Assembly: GCA_951406725.2 (NCBI GenBank)
Contig: OX597820.1
Coordinates: 105,276,001-105,340,000, forward strand
Length of the DNA: 64,000 nt
From: Octopus vulgaris
Taxonomy: Eukaryota
Reading direction: 5' to 3'
The notes beneath the pieces are model-generated. The model did not search any database, had not been told where the DNA came from, and saw only the letters and a list, made by a program, of their open reading frames with translations. Position 1 is the first letter of the stretch. Each line of letters begins with the position of its first letter. Positions 27,311 to 39,715 of the stretch are shown piece after piece. Made by a program: the position numbers and the translations under genes.

Positions 27311-28159
27311 ACGAAAATAAAATTTTAAAGACATTGTCAAAATTTATACGTATTTTCTACATGCAATAAAGACATCCACTGCACCTGTAACGTTAGGTAA
27401 CGTCCTGGTTTGTATGCAAATGTATGCTTATGTATCTGTGATGTATTTGGATCTTCTAAATTGTTGCAAGATGCAGAGTGGGGACTGAAAAAGTATCAGT
27501 GAAAAAAGTGGGAGGACAGCTGTTCAAATAGTTTGAGAAGCATTGTTGTAAACAATAAACTTTGGGTATTTTGGTTCTTTGGGCAACCATGGCTGTGTGG
27601 TTAAGAAGTTTGCTTCCCAGCCACATGGTTTCAAGTTCAATGCCACAACATGGCCATCTTGGGCAAGTGTTTTTTTTTGTACTATAGTCCCAGGTTGACC
27701 AGAACATTATGAATAGATTTGGTAAAAGGGCATCCAGCTGTAGAAACACTGCCAGATCAGACTGGGCCTGGTGCAGCCTTCTGGCTTCCAAGACCCCAGT
27801 TGAACCGTCCAACCCATGCCAGCATGGAAAGCGGACGTTAAATGATGATGATGAAACTGAAAGAAGCTCATCATATATGTTTGTGAGTGTGTGTGTGTGA
27901 TATGCTTACGTTGTTAAGCATGAGAATCGGCTGTAATTGAAGTTCCTTTATGTTGCCAATAAGAAAGAAAACAATTGTTGTTGTTGTGTCACTGAACCTG
28001 AAATCAATTTGTTGGGCCTAGTTTTCTGCTTTCTTATGTTTCATTCTGTGTACTATATATGCACTGTATGTAGCTTATTGCTGTTTTCTGTACCCTCTTT
28101 TTTCCTTTCCTGATGAATTGTAGTATACCTGATCAGTGTATGCAAAAAGTTCCTAATAT

Positions 28160-28555
28160 ACTCTTTTACTTGTTTCAGTTATTTGACTGTGGCCATGCTG
28201 GAGCACTGCTTTTAGTTGAGCAAATCGACCCCAGGACTTATTCTTTGTAAGCCTTGTACTTATTCTATCGGTCTCTTTTGCCAAACCGCTAAGTTACGGG
28301 GATGTAAACACACCAACATCGATTGTCAAGCGATGTTGATGGGGGGGAACAAACACACACACACAAACATATACATACATATATACATATATACAACAAG
28401 CTTCTTTCAGTTTCCATCTACCAAATCCACTCACAATGGTTTGGTCAGCCCAAGGCTATAGTAGAAGACACTTGCCCAAGGTGCTATGCAGTAGGACTGA
28501 ACCTGGAACCATGTGGTTCGTAAGCAAGCTACTTACCACACAACCATTCCTATAC
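28160..28555 (-). repeat. tRNA-derived SINE family A (internal microsatellite, gtaaaaga tail)
   Basis: Consensus ggctgtgtggtaag..gggttcagtccc..gtagacggaaactgaaagaagc-(microsatellite)-..gactgaaacaagtaaaaga. Other copies at about 29058-29460, 30055-30290, 32840-34105, 34580-34985, 35165-36290, 36310-36765, 37685-38505, 42300-42580 and 43595-43760. Confidence 0.85.
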
Positions 28556-28571
28556 CTATATATGTATATAT

Positions 28572-28748
28572 ATATATTGGTCGTATACCATCAACTCAAT
28601 GTGACAGTCCCGTAAGAGAATTACACCACCGCCATTTAGCCCTAGGAAACATCGACAGGAGACGTTGATGTTTCCTAGGGCTAAATGGCGGTGGTGTAAT
28701 TCCCTTTCGGGACTGTCACATTGAGTTGACAGTATACGACTAATATAT
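28572..28748. repeat. 177-bp palindrome (85-bp arms, 7-nt loop) between (TA)n tracts
   Basis: 28572-28656 is the reverse complement of 28664-28748 with a handful of mismatches; loop aggagac. Confidence 0.92.
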
Positions 28749-28800
28749 CGCTCCACCACTGCTTATGTCTCTCTGAGACATTTAGAAATTCAATATTTCT

Positions 28801-28851
<51 letters not shown>

Positions 28852-28968
28852 CCTTTTTGGAATTGGATCTTGAAGCACATATAAAGCTATAAATATTACT
28901 ATGTAAATATTGAGTTAAAAATCTTTTATGATAGAGAATGTTGACAGCTGCCCCTCAACTACATACAA

Positions 28969-29039
28969 GCATCAGTGGTTCAATGGTAAAATGCTCATCT
29001 GCTATGCGGACATCCCAAGTTCAATTCCCAGCCAATGCA
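28969..29039 (+). pseudogene. tRNA-Gly(GCC)-derived pseudogene
   Basis: 71 nt gcatcagtggttcaatggtaaaatgctcatctgctatgcggacatcccaagttcaattcccagccaatgca, colinear with metazoan tRNA-Gly-GCC. Mismatches are mostly G>A/C>T, the anticodon has decayed to GCT, and a T-run follows about 8 nt downstream. Confidence 0.85.
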
Positions 29040-30479
29040 TATGATCTTTTTAGATACAGACATGGCTGTATGGTAAGAAGCTTGCTTCCCAATCACATGG
29101 TTCCAGGTTCAGTCCCACTGCATGGCACCTTGGGCATATATCTTCTACTATAACCTTAGGCCAACCAAAGCCTTGTGAGTGGATTTGGTAGGCAGAAACT
29201 GAAAGAAGCTTGTTGTGTGTATACATATATATGTATGTATATTTATGTGTGTGTGTCTTTGTGTCTCTGTTTGTCCCCCAAGCATTGCTTGACAACCAAT
29301 GTTGGTGTGTTTATGTCCCCAAAACTCAGTGGTTTGGCAAAAGAGACTGATAAAATAAGTACTAGGCTTACAAAGAATAAGTCCTGAGGTTGATTTCTTT
29401 GATTAAGGGCTGTGCTCCAGCATGGCTGCAATCAAATGACTGAAATATGTAAAAGATATATATTTATATATAGTACTCTGTAATGGTAAGATCCAAAGAT
29501 CAAGGTGTAGGAAGCCAGTAAGCTTCAAGCAGTCCATAGAAGGTATATAAAACAACTTTCAGGAACAATGGTGATTTATTAACATAGAAGGTTGTAAATT
29601 TTTCCCATATTCAATTTTCATAAGCTGAAAAAAGTTATTTCATAGTTCCTGGTTAGCATTTGGGGTTGCTGTGTATATGCAAATAAAAATACACACACAC
29701 ATGCTCACATGTACATATGTTATGATTGTGTGTTTATATCTATCTATCGATCTATATATGTGTGTGCGTGTGTGTGCATTTGGTTTCTTTTCAGCTTCTA
29801 TCAACAAATCCACTTATTCACTAGTCTTTGGTTATGACACTTGCTCAAAGTCTGAACCCAAAAACCATATAGTTGCAAAGTAAACTTCTTATCAATACAA
29901 CAACGTTTGCACGCATTCTACATTGTAGAACAAATCTTTCTCATTAGACCAAGCAAACTGTAATGCTTTCAGAACTCGCCATGACCATCTCAACTTATTT
30001 TTAGATGCAATGTATCTAGAACTACAATATCCAACATATTGTCTTTATTTTTTAATCTTTTACTTGTTTCAGTTACTAGACTGCAGCCATGCTGGAGCAC
30101 TATCTTGAAGAACTTTTAGTCAAATTATTTTTTCTTTTTAAGCCTGATACTTATTCTATTGGTCTCATTTGCTGAGCCACTAAGTTACAGAGGTGTAAAC
30201 ACACCAACAGCAGTTGGTGGCAGGACAAACACACACACACATGCGCACAACAGGCTTCTTTCAGTTTCCGTCTACCAAATCCACTCACTATTTATTTAGT
30301 TTTTATTTTTCAAGACAGTAAGATGTAATATGAGCTAAAATTTAGCTGCTCTTTCTCTATTTCTCACAAGCTGAGTGAAGGCTCCTTATTTTGCATGGGA
30401 TGGTTTTTTCACCATACTGTTATGCCAGTCAACTCACACCTGGAGGGGGTAAAAAAGAAGAGAAAAGAGAAGCACAAAA

Positions 30480-30692
30480 ATGGTGATGATGATTATTACG
30501 AACACCACAATGATGATGGTGGTGAGGGTGGTGCAGGTGCCGATTGTCACGTATGTTGTTGGCATGGTCATAATGATGATAATGATACTGGTGGTGGCGG
30601 CAGTGGTTTTGATGGAAGTGGTGGGTGTGGTCATTGTCATCATGGTGGTGTTGGTGGTGGTGGTAATGGTGTTGATGATGATGATGATGGAA
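30480..30692. repeat. Degenerate (GGT/GAT)n low-complexity tract
   Basis: Trinucleotide-like repeat. It explains the Gly/Asp-, Val/Met- and Thr/Ile-rich spurious ORFs here. Confidence 0.85.
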
Positions 30693-32974
30693 AGTGACTC
30701 ATATGGGTCATAAGAGATCAATAAAGTGTGTAGGATACTACAAGTACAGTATTAACTGCCAACTAAACTATTCACTACTTGTGTTCTGGATTGCATCAGC
30801 CTTAGTGAAACATAGAATAGAAAAATATTACTTTATCAGGTCTAAACTCTTTATCTCTTCCCATTGGTTAAGCAAAACAGGAAGTAGGGGTTGCACGCAG
30901 ATAAATACTATTGAACTGTTGGATAAATTCATTTAGCAAAATCTCTCTCAAAGGAATCCATTCAGCCAATAAAAAATAATGGTCAAAGGATTTTTTTTCG
31001 CTTCCCAATTCACTAACTTCACTTTTTATGGTTTGTTGTTATTTTATTCCAAATCAGACCTGATTGACCAGGCATTCCAGCTGTGGCTATCTTATCTTTT
31101 TTTAAGAGCATGTAGGACTATGCTTTCCAGTGTATCCTTATTTAACACAATAAGGTGAGGTTTCTGTTTTTGTATGACTGCAAACTGCACCTGGTGGTGG
31201 AGCCTTGGTTTGAAAGCTCCAGGGTTTTGAGGAGTGGGGAACCACCCCTTAGCCACTATTGTTCCCGGATCTACTCTGACCCAAAGTAGTAGCACCTTTC
31301 AGAGTTCCAGTATGAGTTAACTAGCATGTAAATAGAGGTCAACTATGAATATGGGAATGACCAACCCTAGACCAAATCACAGGTGGATCCTTAACAAAGC
31401 CGAGTACTCATCAACATTTAACATTCATTCTCCATGCTGGCATGGGTTGGACAGTTTGACAGGAGCTGGCCAGACGAAAAGCTGCCTGGGCTCCACATCT
31501 ATTTTGGCATGGTTTCTTCAGCTGGATGCCCTTCTTAACACCAACCACTTCACAGAGTTGTGCTTTAACACAGCACCAGCACAGATGCTTTTACGTGGCA
31601 ATGGCAATGGGTGCTTTTAATGCTGAGCCAGACCCACTAGCCCACAAGTTTAGGATCACTGAGCTGAAGAATGTTGTAAGTGACCTGCCTATATTCAAGG
31701 ACAACCATGATTTTACTTAGCTTGGTGTATCTTCTGAAGCACAGCAAAACACCATAAATCTCAGTCCCTTGTCACTCCCTTTGTGAGGCTCAATGTCTGA
31801 AGCTCCTTTCTCACCACTTCATCCCATATCTTTCACAATTAGAGATCAGGACTTCTTGATGCAGCCGTCCTCATCCATAATGCAGTGTTGAAATTATGAG
31901 ATGCAGCATGATGGGTGAGAACTATTTTGTCAGATGAACTTATTGAAGCAATGGTGAATATCATTAGGTGCTGAGTGGATGAACTGTCAACAAACTGTCA
32001 ATGGCCTGGGTCAACCAGTTCAGTCAACAAACTGTTATTATCATTTTCTGGTCATGACACATACAGATAAGTCATTCAACTATTGAAAGACCAATATGGC
32101 TTATATGTCCGGTTGAGCTGCCCAACTGGACAATAACAATGATCTAGAATGTCCTTATTTAACATATTAAGGTGTGAGTTCAGGAAAATTTAGCTGCTAT
32201 TTCTAGTAAATCTAGGCCCTTTGTTTATTCCTTTTGAGGTTTGTGTTTTTAGCTTACCTTTTGAGTGAGATTGAGAAAATGGAATCTGTACAGAAGCCCA
32301 TTCGTAGATTATACCTGTAATTCAAAAGTGACAGCCTTGTCACATGGATTTTGCCTGAGAATTACATTATAGGTACATGTGTCTGTGGAATAACCAGCCA
32401 CTTTCACACAAATTTAATTAGTTTGGAAATTCTGAACAAGAACCATTTTCCTATTCTAAGTAATGATGTTGAGTATAATGTTAAGTTGTATGATGTTGCT
32501 GCTGTTGTTGTTTAGCACCAGGTCAGATCTGATTGAGTAGACATCTGATCAACAACATTCCATATATGACAATATAACTTTTTTTTTTCTTAGCCCAGTA
32601 TATCATATCTAATACAACATTATTCAGTGTGTCATTCCTTTGGGTTTTTTTTCTTTTTCTCAAAACAGTAGTTTCTGATTTGAGGGAGAGTGAGATTTGA
32701 CAGTTATTACTAGCTATATAAGTGGCCATGTAGAAACTACCTTACAACGATGATGGTGGTGGTGGTGGTGGTTATGAAAATGATGATGATGAATTTGTTC
32801 TAACAGCAACAGTGAGTGCCATTTCAGAGGGGACAGACTGTGAGGTAAAAAAACTTGCTTCCTAATCACATGGTTCCAGGTTCAGTCCCAATGCATGGTA
32901 CCATGGGCAAGTGTCTTCTACTATAGCCTTGAGCTGACCACAGCCTTGTGAGTGGATTTGGTAGACAGAAACTG

Positions 32975-33786
32975 GGAAGGGAATATGATGACTGCCTTCT
33001 ATTGTCGGAGGTGGATTAGCACAACTGGTCAGTGGCTACTGTGGAAGAGGTGATAAAACGAAAATGGGCCAGGGGTTTAGGTTAGGAGTTATCTCCCTGC
33101 CGGTAAGAGTTACCATGAAGTGGGGAAAGCGTGTATTATTAATGTGGATGAGGGGTGTGGTAGGTGTAACAGTGTCATATGTATAATCCAGGGTTTCAGA
33201 TACATATAGCTGTGTTCGTTGGTCCGTTTTCTTTTTTGTAAAGATAAAGTCATGGGGGTGGTTTGTGTCAGCATGCAGGGGGAGGTGTATATGTAGGGGT
33301 ACAATCTGCGTGAAGGGTTATGTGTTGGGGTATGCATGTGTGTACATGGGTGCATTGGTATGTGCTTTGGTCAAACTCTTTTTGCTGTGCTCAAGGGCAT
33401 TGGTGGAAGGTTGTCTGCATAAGCTGCAGGCAGGGGGACCTGTGGTTGCAGTTATGGTGAGGTGCGCAGGTACAGTAGAATGTACTTCCTCCCCTGGACC
33501 TTTTTCATGATGATCTTTTTCACAGCAGCCACTGACTGGATGTGTTAATCCACCTCCAACAGTAGAGAGCAGTAACCAGATTCCCTTCCATATCGGCTAA
33601 CTCTGATGAGCATAAAGTTATATAATCGGATTGTTAGCTAACACTCCATTGTATTCTTTACATGAAACCAATTGGTAAGATCAGCCATGATGGATATTTA
33701 ATACTATACGTTTCGGATAATATACCCACTCTACTGACAGATATACAAGTGCACCTTTTCCCTGACTTATGGTCTCTTAGACGATT
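32975..33786 (+). mobile_element. Hammerhead-bearing non-coding insertion (Penelope-like/retrozyme-like) with an inverted 5' segment, inside a SINE A
   Basis: The SINE breaks at gtagacagaaactg and resumes at (CA)n 33787. 32975-33075 is an inverted, diverged copy of 33490-33589, and a hammerhead fold follows. Confidence 0.7.
33595..33686 (+). ncRNA. Type I hammerhead ribozyme motif (stem II decayed)
   Basis: ggctaact-CTGATGA(33603)-gcataaag..ctttacat-GAAA(33664)-ccaattgg-TA|-agatcagcc. Core is intact, stem III is palindromic, and cleavage is predicted after GUA at 33677. Confidence 0.75.
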
Positions 33787-34494
33787 CACACACACACACA
33801 CACACACATAAATACACACATACATACATACATATATATATGTGTGTGTGTGTGTGTATGTATGTATATGTGTGTATTTATGTGTGAGAACCTGTGTTAG
33901 TCCCCCTACAATCTCTTGATAACTGACGCTGGTGTGTTTATGTCCTCATAACTTAGCAGTTTGGCAAAAAAAGACCCACAGAATAAGTACCACGCTTACA
34001 AAGAATAAGTTCTAGGGTCGATTTCTTTGACTAAACTCCTTTAAAGCAGTGCTCCAGCAGGCGGCAGTCAAAATATTGAAACAAGTAAAAGAATAAAAGA
34101 ATAAAGCTTGAGTATTGATTGGAGTAGTTAAGCCAAACCTATGAACAAGTTAAGTTCAGCTACACACAACAACAGTAGTACACTTGTATATATGTTTATC
34201 ACAAATAAATGAGGCAACACAGAAGTTATCTAATACTTGAGTTTATCTCTGTATTGTTTCTCTGATGTATGTTTTGGTTTAGGTTTGTTGTCATATTTGT
34301 GAGATAAGAAAAACCTCCTCACAAATCAATAAAAAAACACACATACTTACACACACATACATTCATATTGTTCACAATTCCTTCTACTGGTCGCCATAGT
34401 TACAAAGATCACAGAGTATATATAGGAAAAAAACAACATTGGAGAGCTGCTTCTGAAATTATTTACTAAATAATTTCAGAACCAAATCTCCAAT

Positions 34495-34564
<70 letters not shown>

Positions 34565-34983
34565 TATACATATATATCAATCATGGATGTATGGTAAGAA
34601 GCTTGATTCCCAACCACATGGTTCCGGGTTCAGTCCCGCTACGTGGTACCATGGGCAAGTATCTTCTATTATAGCCTCAGGCAAACCAAAGCCTTGTGAG
34701 TGTATTTGGTAGATGGAAACTGAAAGAAGCCCATCATATATTTGTATATATGTATGTATCTATATACGTGTGTCTGTGTCCCCCCCCCCCCCCAATTACC
34801 TCTTGACAACTAGTGTTGGTGTGTTTACATCCCTGTAAATTAGCAGTTTGGCAAAAGAGACCAATAGAATAAGTACTAGGCATAAAAATAAGCACCAGGG
34901 TTGATTTTTTTTAGCATAACCCTTCAAGGTGGTGCTCCAGCATGGCTGCAGTCAGATGATTGAAACAAGTAAAAGAATAAAGA

Positions 34984-35017
<34 letters not shown>

Positions 35018-35333
35018 GTATATATATATGTTCTTTGTCATAATCAGAAATGGCTCTGACAAAAGTTGCATTCATTTTTCAGGTCGTTCAACTTTTCTCA
35101 ACTGATCAATAGACCAACTGAGTAAAGCTGTCAGTAAGAAACCAATAATGACTACTGGAGCAGCCGGAGTGGCTGTGTGGTAAGTAGCTTGCTAACCAAC
35201 CACAATGGTTCTGGGTTCAGTCTCACTGCATGGCATCTTGAGCAAGTGTCTTCTACTATATCCTCAGGCCGACCAAAGCCTTGTGAGTGGATTTGGTAGA
35301 CGGAAACTGAAAGAAGCCCATTGTATATATATG

Positions 35334-35411
<78 letters not shown>

Positions 35412-35413
<2 letters not shown>

Positions 35414-36024
35414 TAAATGTTTTTTAATTTTTAAATTTTTCCTCTAATTTCGGAATTACTACTATTTGCGGTTGGAGCCCTGGCTGCTATTTCTAGTGGG
35501 TCGAACGGCCTATTATAGCCGTTCCTCAATTGTTGTTGAATTTATTAATAGTCTCTGACTATTTCCTCTTTCTCACTAGACCGCTGGTGGCAAAATAATT
35601 TCTATTTAATTTTTTGCTACCCTAATATTGATTAATTGATAATTTTCTGATTAATTCCGAAATTGAATCGGCAGTTTATATTTGCGGCCGATAAGTTGGC
35701 GCGAGTACAATGATTTTGAAAATTTTAGGTCAGATATTACCAAGGCATGAAGGTAGCTGCCTCGTGTAATTTCTCTCCCTCCTGGCTCCTTTACTGATGA
35801 GCGCGTTGGCCTTTTGGAAGATTGACTTGATTAAGTTTAATTTAATTTAATCAGGCTGGTTTACCATTAAAAAACGCCAAAACAATGCATTGTGTAAAGA
35901 AGAACAGGGTAAATGTTTTTTTAATTTTTCCTCTGATTTCTGAATTACTACTATTTGCGGTTGGAGCCCTGGCTGCTATTTCTAGTGGGTCGAACGGCCT
36001 ATTATAGCCGTTCCTCAATTGTTG

Positions 36025-36030
<6 letters not shown>
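35412..36030 (+). mobile_element. Retrozyme-like element: ~490-bp non-coding monomer with ~125-bp terminal redundancy in (TA)n
   Basis: Direct repeats 35412-35541 and 35908-36030, with (TA)n on both sides and no ORF. A hammerhead fold ends immediately before the second repeat. Confidence 0.8.
35781..35908 (+). ncRNA. Type I hammerhead ribozyme motif, probably inactivated
   Basis: cctg..ctccttta-CTGATGA(35794)-gcgcgtt..aacgcc-AAAA(for GAAA, 35879)-caatgcattg-TG-taaagaag..cagg. Stems I, II and III pair. Two core deviations: G12A and H17=G. Confidence 0.65.
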
Positions 36031-36077
<47 letters not shown>

Positions 36078-36531
36078 TATATGTATGTGTGTGTGTATGT
36101 TTGTGTGTCTGTATTTGTCTCCCCAACATCGCTTGACAACTGATGCTGATGTGTTTACGGCCCGGAACTTAGCGGTTCAGCAAAAGAGACCGATAGAATA
36201 AGTACTAGGCTTACAAAGAGCAAGTCCTGGGGTCGATTTGCTCGACTAAAGGCAGTGCTCCAGCATGGCCACAGTCAAATGACTGAAACAAGGTATAAAC
36301 AATGGTCACTCTTTTACTTGTTTCAGTCATTTAACAGTGACAATGCTGGAGCACCACCTTTAGTCGAGCAAATCGACCCCAGGACTTGCTCTTTGTAAGC
36401 CTAGTACTTATTCTATCGGTCTCTTTTGGCGAACCTCTAAGTTCCGGGCCGTAAACACATCAGCATCGGTTGTCAAGCGATGTTGGGGAGACAAATACAG
36501 ACACACAAACATACACACACACATACATATA

Positions 36532-36625
<94 letters not shown>

Positions 36626-37049
36626 TATATACAATGGGCTTCTTTCAGTTTTCGTCTACCAAATCCACTCACAAGGCTTTGACACTTGCTCAAGATGCCA
36701 TGCAGTGAGACTGAACCCAGAACCATTGTGGTTGGTTAGCAAGCTACTTACCACACAGCCACTCCAGCTGCTCCAGTAGTCATTATTGGTTTCTTACTGA
36801 CAGCTTTACTCAGTTGGTCTATTGATCAGTTGAGAAAAGTTGAACGACCTGAAGAATTAACGCAACTTTTGTCAGAGCCATTTCTGATTATAACAAAGAA
36901 CACTGAAGGAATGGGGGGAGGGAGTGGGAGGGAAAGAAGCAAGTGGAAGAGAGATAAAGAGGACATGGGAAGACAAGTGATGATTTGGAAGGGAAACACT
37001 AAGAATAGTGCCACAATATTGTTATACTGGTGTGCTGAGAGCTTATGAT

Positions 37050-37650
37050 GTATTTTGCCTGGATTGATAATCCCTTACCAATAACTCTTACAGTGGTAAG
37101 AAACTCTCAAGAGAGTTGAATAGTGGGTCTTCAAGGAAAAAAACCCCACTCTGGTAAATGTTTCGGTTCTTAACTTCTTACACTCTAAGGGGACCTGGAC
37201 ACAACCAGGTCATGACTCCAGGGTGCCCTTCAGCTGACACTTTTTAACCACTTGGATACTGGAGACTTGTGCATTTAAACCGCCTTAGGATTAACATAAC
37301 TCAAACATGAAACCTTCTATTTGTGAGAGAGACTTCACTGCTCTATGACTAGCAGATCTCTTACAACCATTTGTTTGGTTTCAGTTCCCCTTCCAAGGCT
37401 TTTGATTGGTTCCTCTGCCACTAATTGGGATATTTTGGTTGGCTACAGTGAACACAACTGTTTCTGCTAGCTTTCCTTTCTGCAGAAAGAAGCTCTAGGA
37501 TTTCTTTGGTTTGAACTTAATTCTGAAAGATGCAGCTACTTTGTCCAACTCTTTCAGCATCCTGTGTGTTTCGTCCCTTTTGTGGAAAGGACTGTAGTGT
37601 TGTCCATGAGGCCTTAGGAGGTGGCAAGGTGGCATCTGAAATCTCTCTCC
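37050..37650 (-). mobile_element. Decayed R2-group (Hero/NeSL-like) non-LTR RT fragment
   Basis: LPPPKA(F)MD.. and ETHRMLKELDKVAASFRIKFKPKKS resemble RT domains 5-6 (FMDD..MKFKPKKSRSL). Confidence 0.55.
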
Positions 37651-37829
37651 TAGTTGTACTGGAGCTGATTCTGTGTGTGTGTGTGTGTGGTAAGAAGCTT
37701 GCTTCCCAACCACATGGTTTTGAGTTCAGTCCCACTGCATGGCATCTTAGGTAAGTGTCTTCTACTATAGCCTCAAGCTGACCAAAGCTTTGTGAGTGGA
37801 TTTGGTAGACGGAAACTGAAAGAATCCTG

Positions 37830-37863
<34 letters not shown>

Positions 37864-39715
37864 TCTTTTACTCTTTTTTTACTTGTTTCAGTCATTTGAC
37901 TGTGGCCATGCTGGAGCACCATCTTTAGTCAAGCAAACTGACCCCAGGACTTATTCTTTGTAAGCCTAGTACTTATTCTATCGGTTTCTTTTGCTGAACC
38001 GCTAAGTTACGGGGACACAAACACACCAGCATCGGTTGTCAAGCGATGTTGGGGAGACAAACACAGACACACAAACATATACACACACATGCATATATAC
38101 AACGGGCTTCTTTCAGTTTCCGCCTACCAAATCCACTCACAAGGCTTTGGTTGGCCCGAGGCTACAGTAGAAGACACTTGCCCAAGGTGCCACGCAGTGG
38201 GACTAAACCTGGGATCGTGTGGTTGGTAAGCAAGCTACTTACCACACAACCACTCATATATATAAGTATATTTATGTGTGTGTGTCTTTGTGTCTGTGTT
38301 TGTCACCTTCAAACTGCTTGACAAATGATGTTGGTGTGTTTACGTCCCTGTAACTTAGCAGTTTGGCAAAAGGGACCAATAGAATAAGTACTAGGCTTAC
38401 AAGCAATAAGTCCTGGGGTCAATTTCTTCAACTAAAAACCCTTCAAAACAGTGCTACAGCATGGCCACTGTCAAATGACTGAAACAAGTAAAAGATTAAA
38501 AGATTAATATATATAGTCTGCCAATTATAGTGGACTACTTTCAACTAAACAGTCATATGTACCTGACAAAAAGGTATGCTGGACAGCAACAAGACATTTG
38601 TAATGTTACATAAGATGCATCCAATGTGATTTTGAAACAAATGTAGTGCTAGCTACCTCTTTTATTTATAGATTTGATTATTGCATCATAAGCTATATTC
38701 ATTGCTTTTAAAATGGAGTTGTATAGCATCTGTCATTATCTGATATCAAGCTGCCAGAGACTTCTCTGATTCTCTACTATAAATTTGCTGTTTAAAAGTG
38801 ATTTAAATTAAAACTTTCTATCAAAATTTCATGCTAAATTTCATGTTAAATTTCATGTTCTAAACACCAGCTTAATATTGGTTTCAAATTTTGGCACAAG
38901 GCCAGCATCGGTACTTATTTTATCAACTCCAAAAGGATGAAAGACAAAGTCAACCTTGGCGGAATCTGTACTCAGAACATTAAACATTTTTCCTGGCATG
39001 CTAACAATTCTGTTAAGCCTTATATCAGCTTAATATAAGCAAAAGTTATTTGACCAAATTCCTCATTATTTTCATTGTTAACTGTATTTAGAAAAAAATA
39101 TAGTAACATCAGGGTTAATTCCTAATTTGAAGTAGGACGTCTCACTATATTAGACATTTGTAGAAAAGCCTATCCTCCAAATATTAACTGACAAATCATT
39201 TATTAAAGATAAAATAGTATAGTAAATATGAGAAACAAAGTATATGTAATTTTAGAGGATGGAATGACAGGCCTTCTCTTGTGTAATTGAGAATGCGATG
39301 CACAGGTATGGTTGGGTATAGGTGAGGTTGTGTGGTTAAGAAGTTTGCTTCCCAGTAACATGATTTTGGGTTCAATCCCATTGCATGGCACCTTGCCTAA
39401 TGTCCTTTACTATGGCTGAGGGCCAACCAAAATATTATGAGTTAATTCAGTAGACAGAAACTGAAAGATGTCCATCTCATATATCAATATTATCCACATT
39501 CCATGCTTGGGTTGGGTTGGACAGTTTAACAGGATTCAATAGGTTCAAGGATTGCATTGTACTCCAATGTCTGCTTTGACATGTTTGCCATGGTTGGTTG
39601 TCATTCCTAACACCAACCACTTTACAGAATGTACTGGATACTTTTTACTTGCTACCAGCGCTGTTGACATCACCATGCAGCTTGCAAGACTACAATTAGG
39701 CACTAATTTGTAATA

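Larger units (their letters stand above)
35029..36901. repeat. Local inverted duplication (arm 1 35029-36290, arm 2 ~36317-36901)
   Basis: The unique flank (gttctttgtcataatcagaaatggctctgacaaaag..actactggagcagc) plus a whole SINE A is repeated in reverse orientation around a ~25-bp spacer. Confidence 0.9.

Noticed and set aside
30395-30721. Gly/Asp/His-rich and Thr/Ile-rich ORFs
   Set aside because: Low-complexity trinucleotide tract that is open in several frames, with no splice or homology support.
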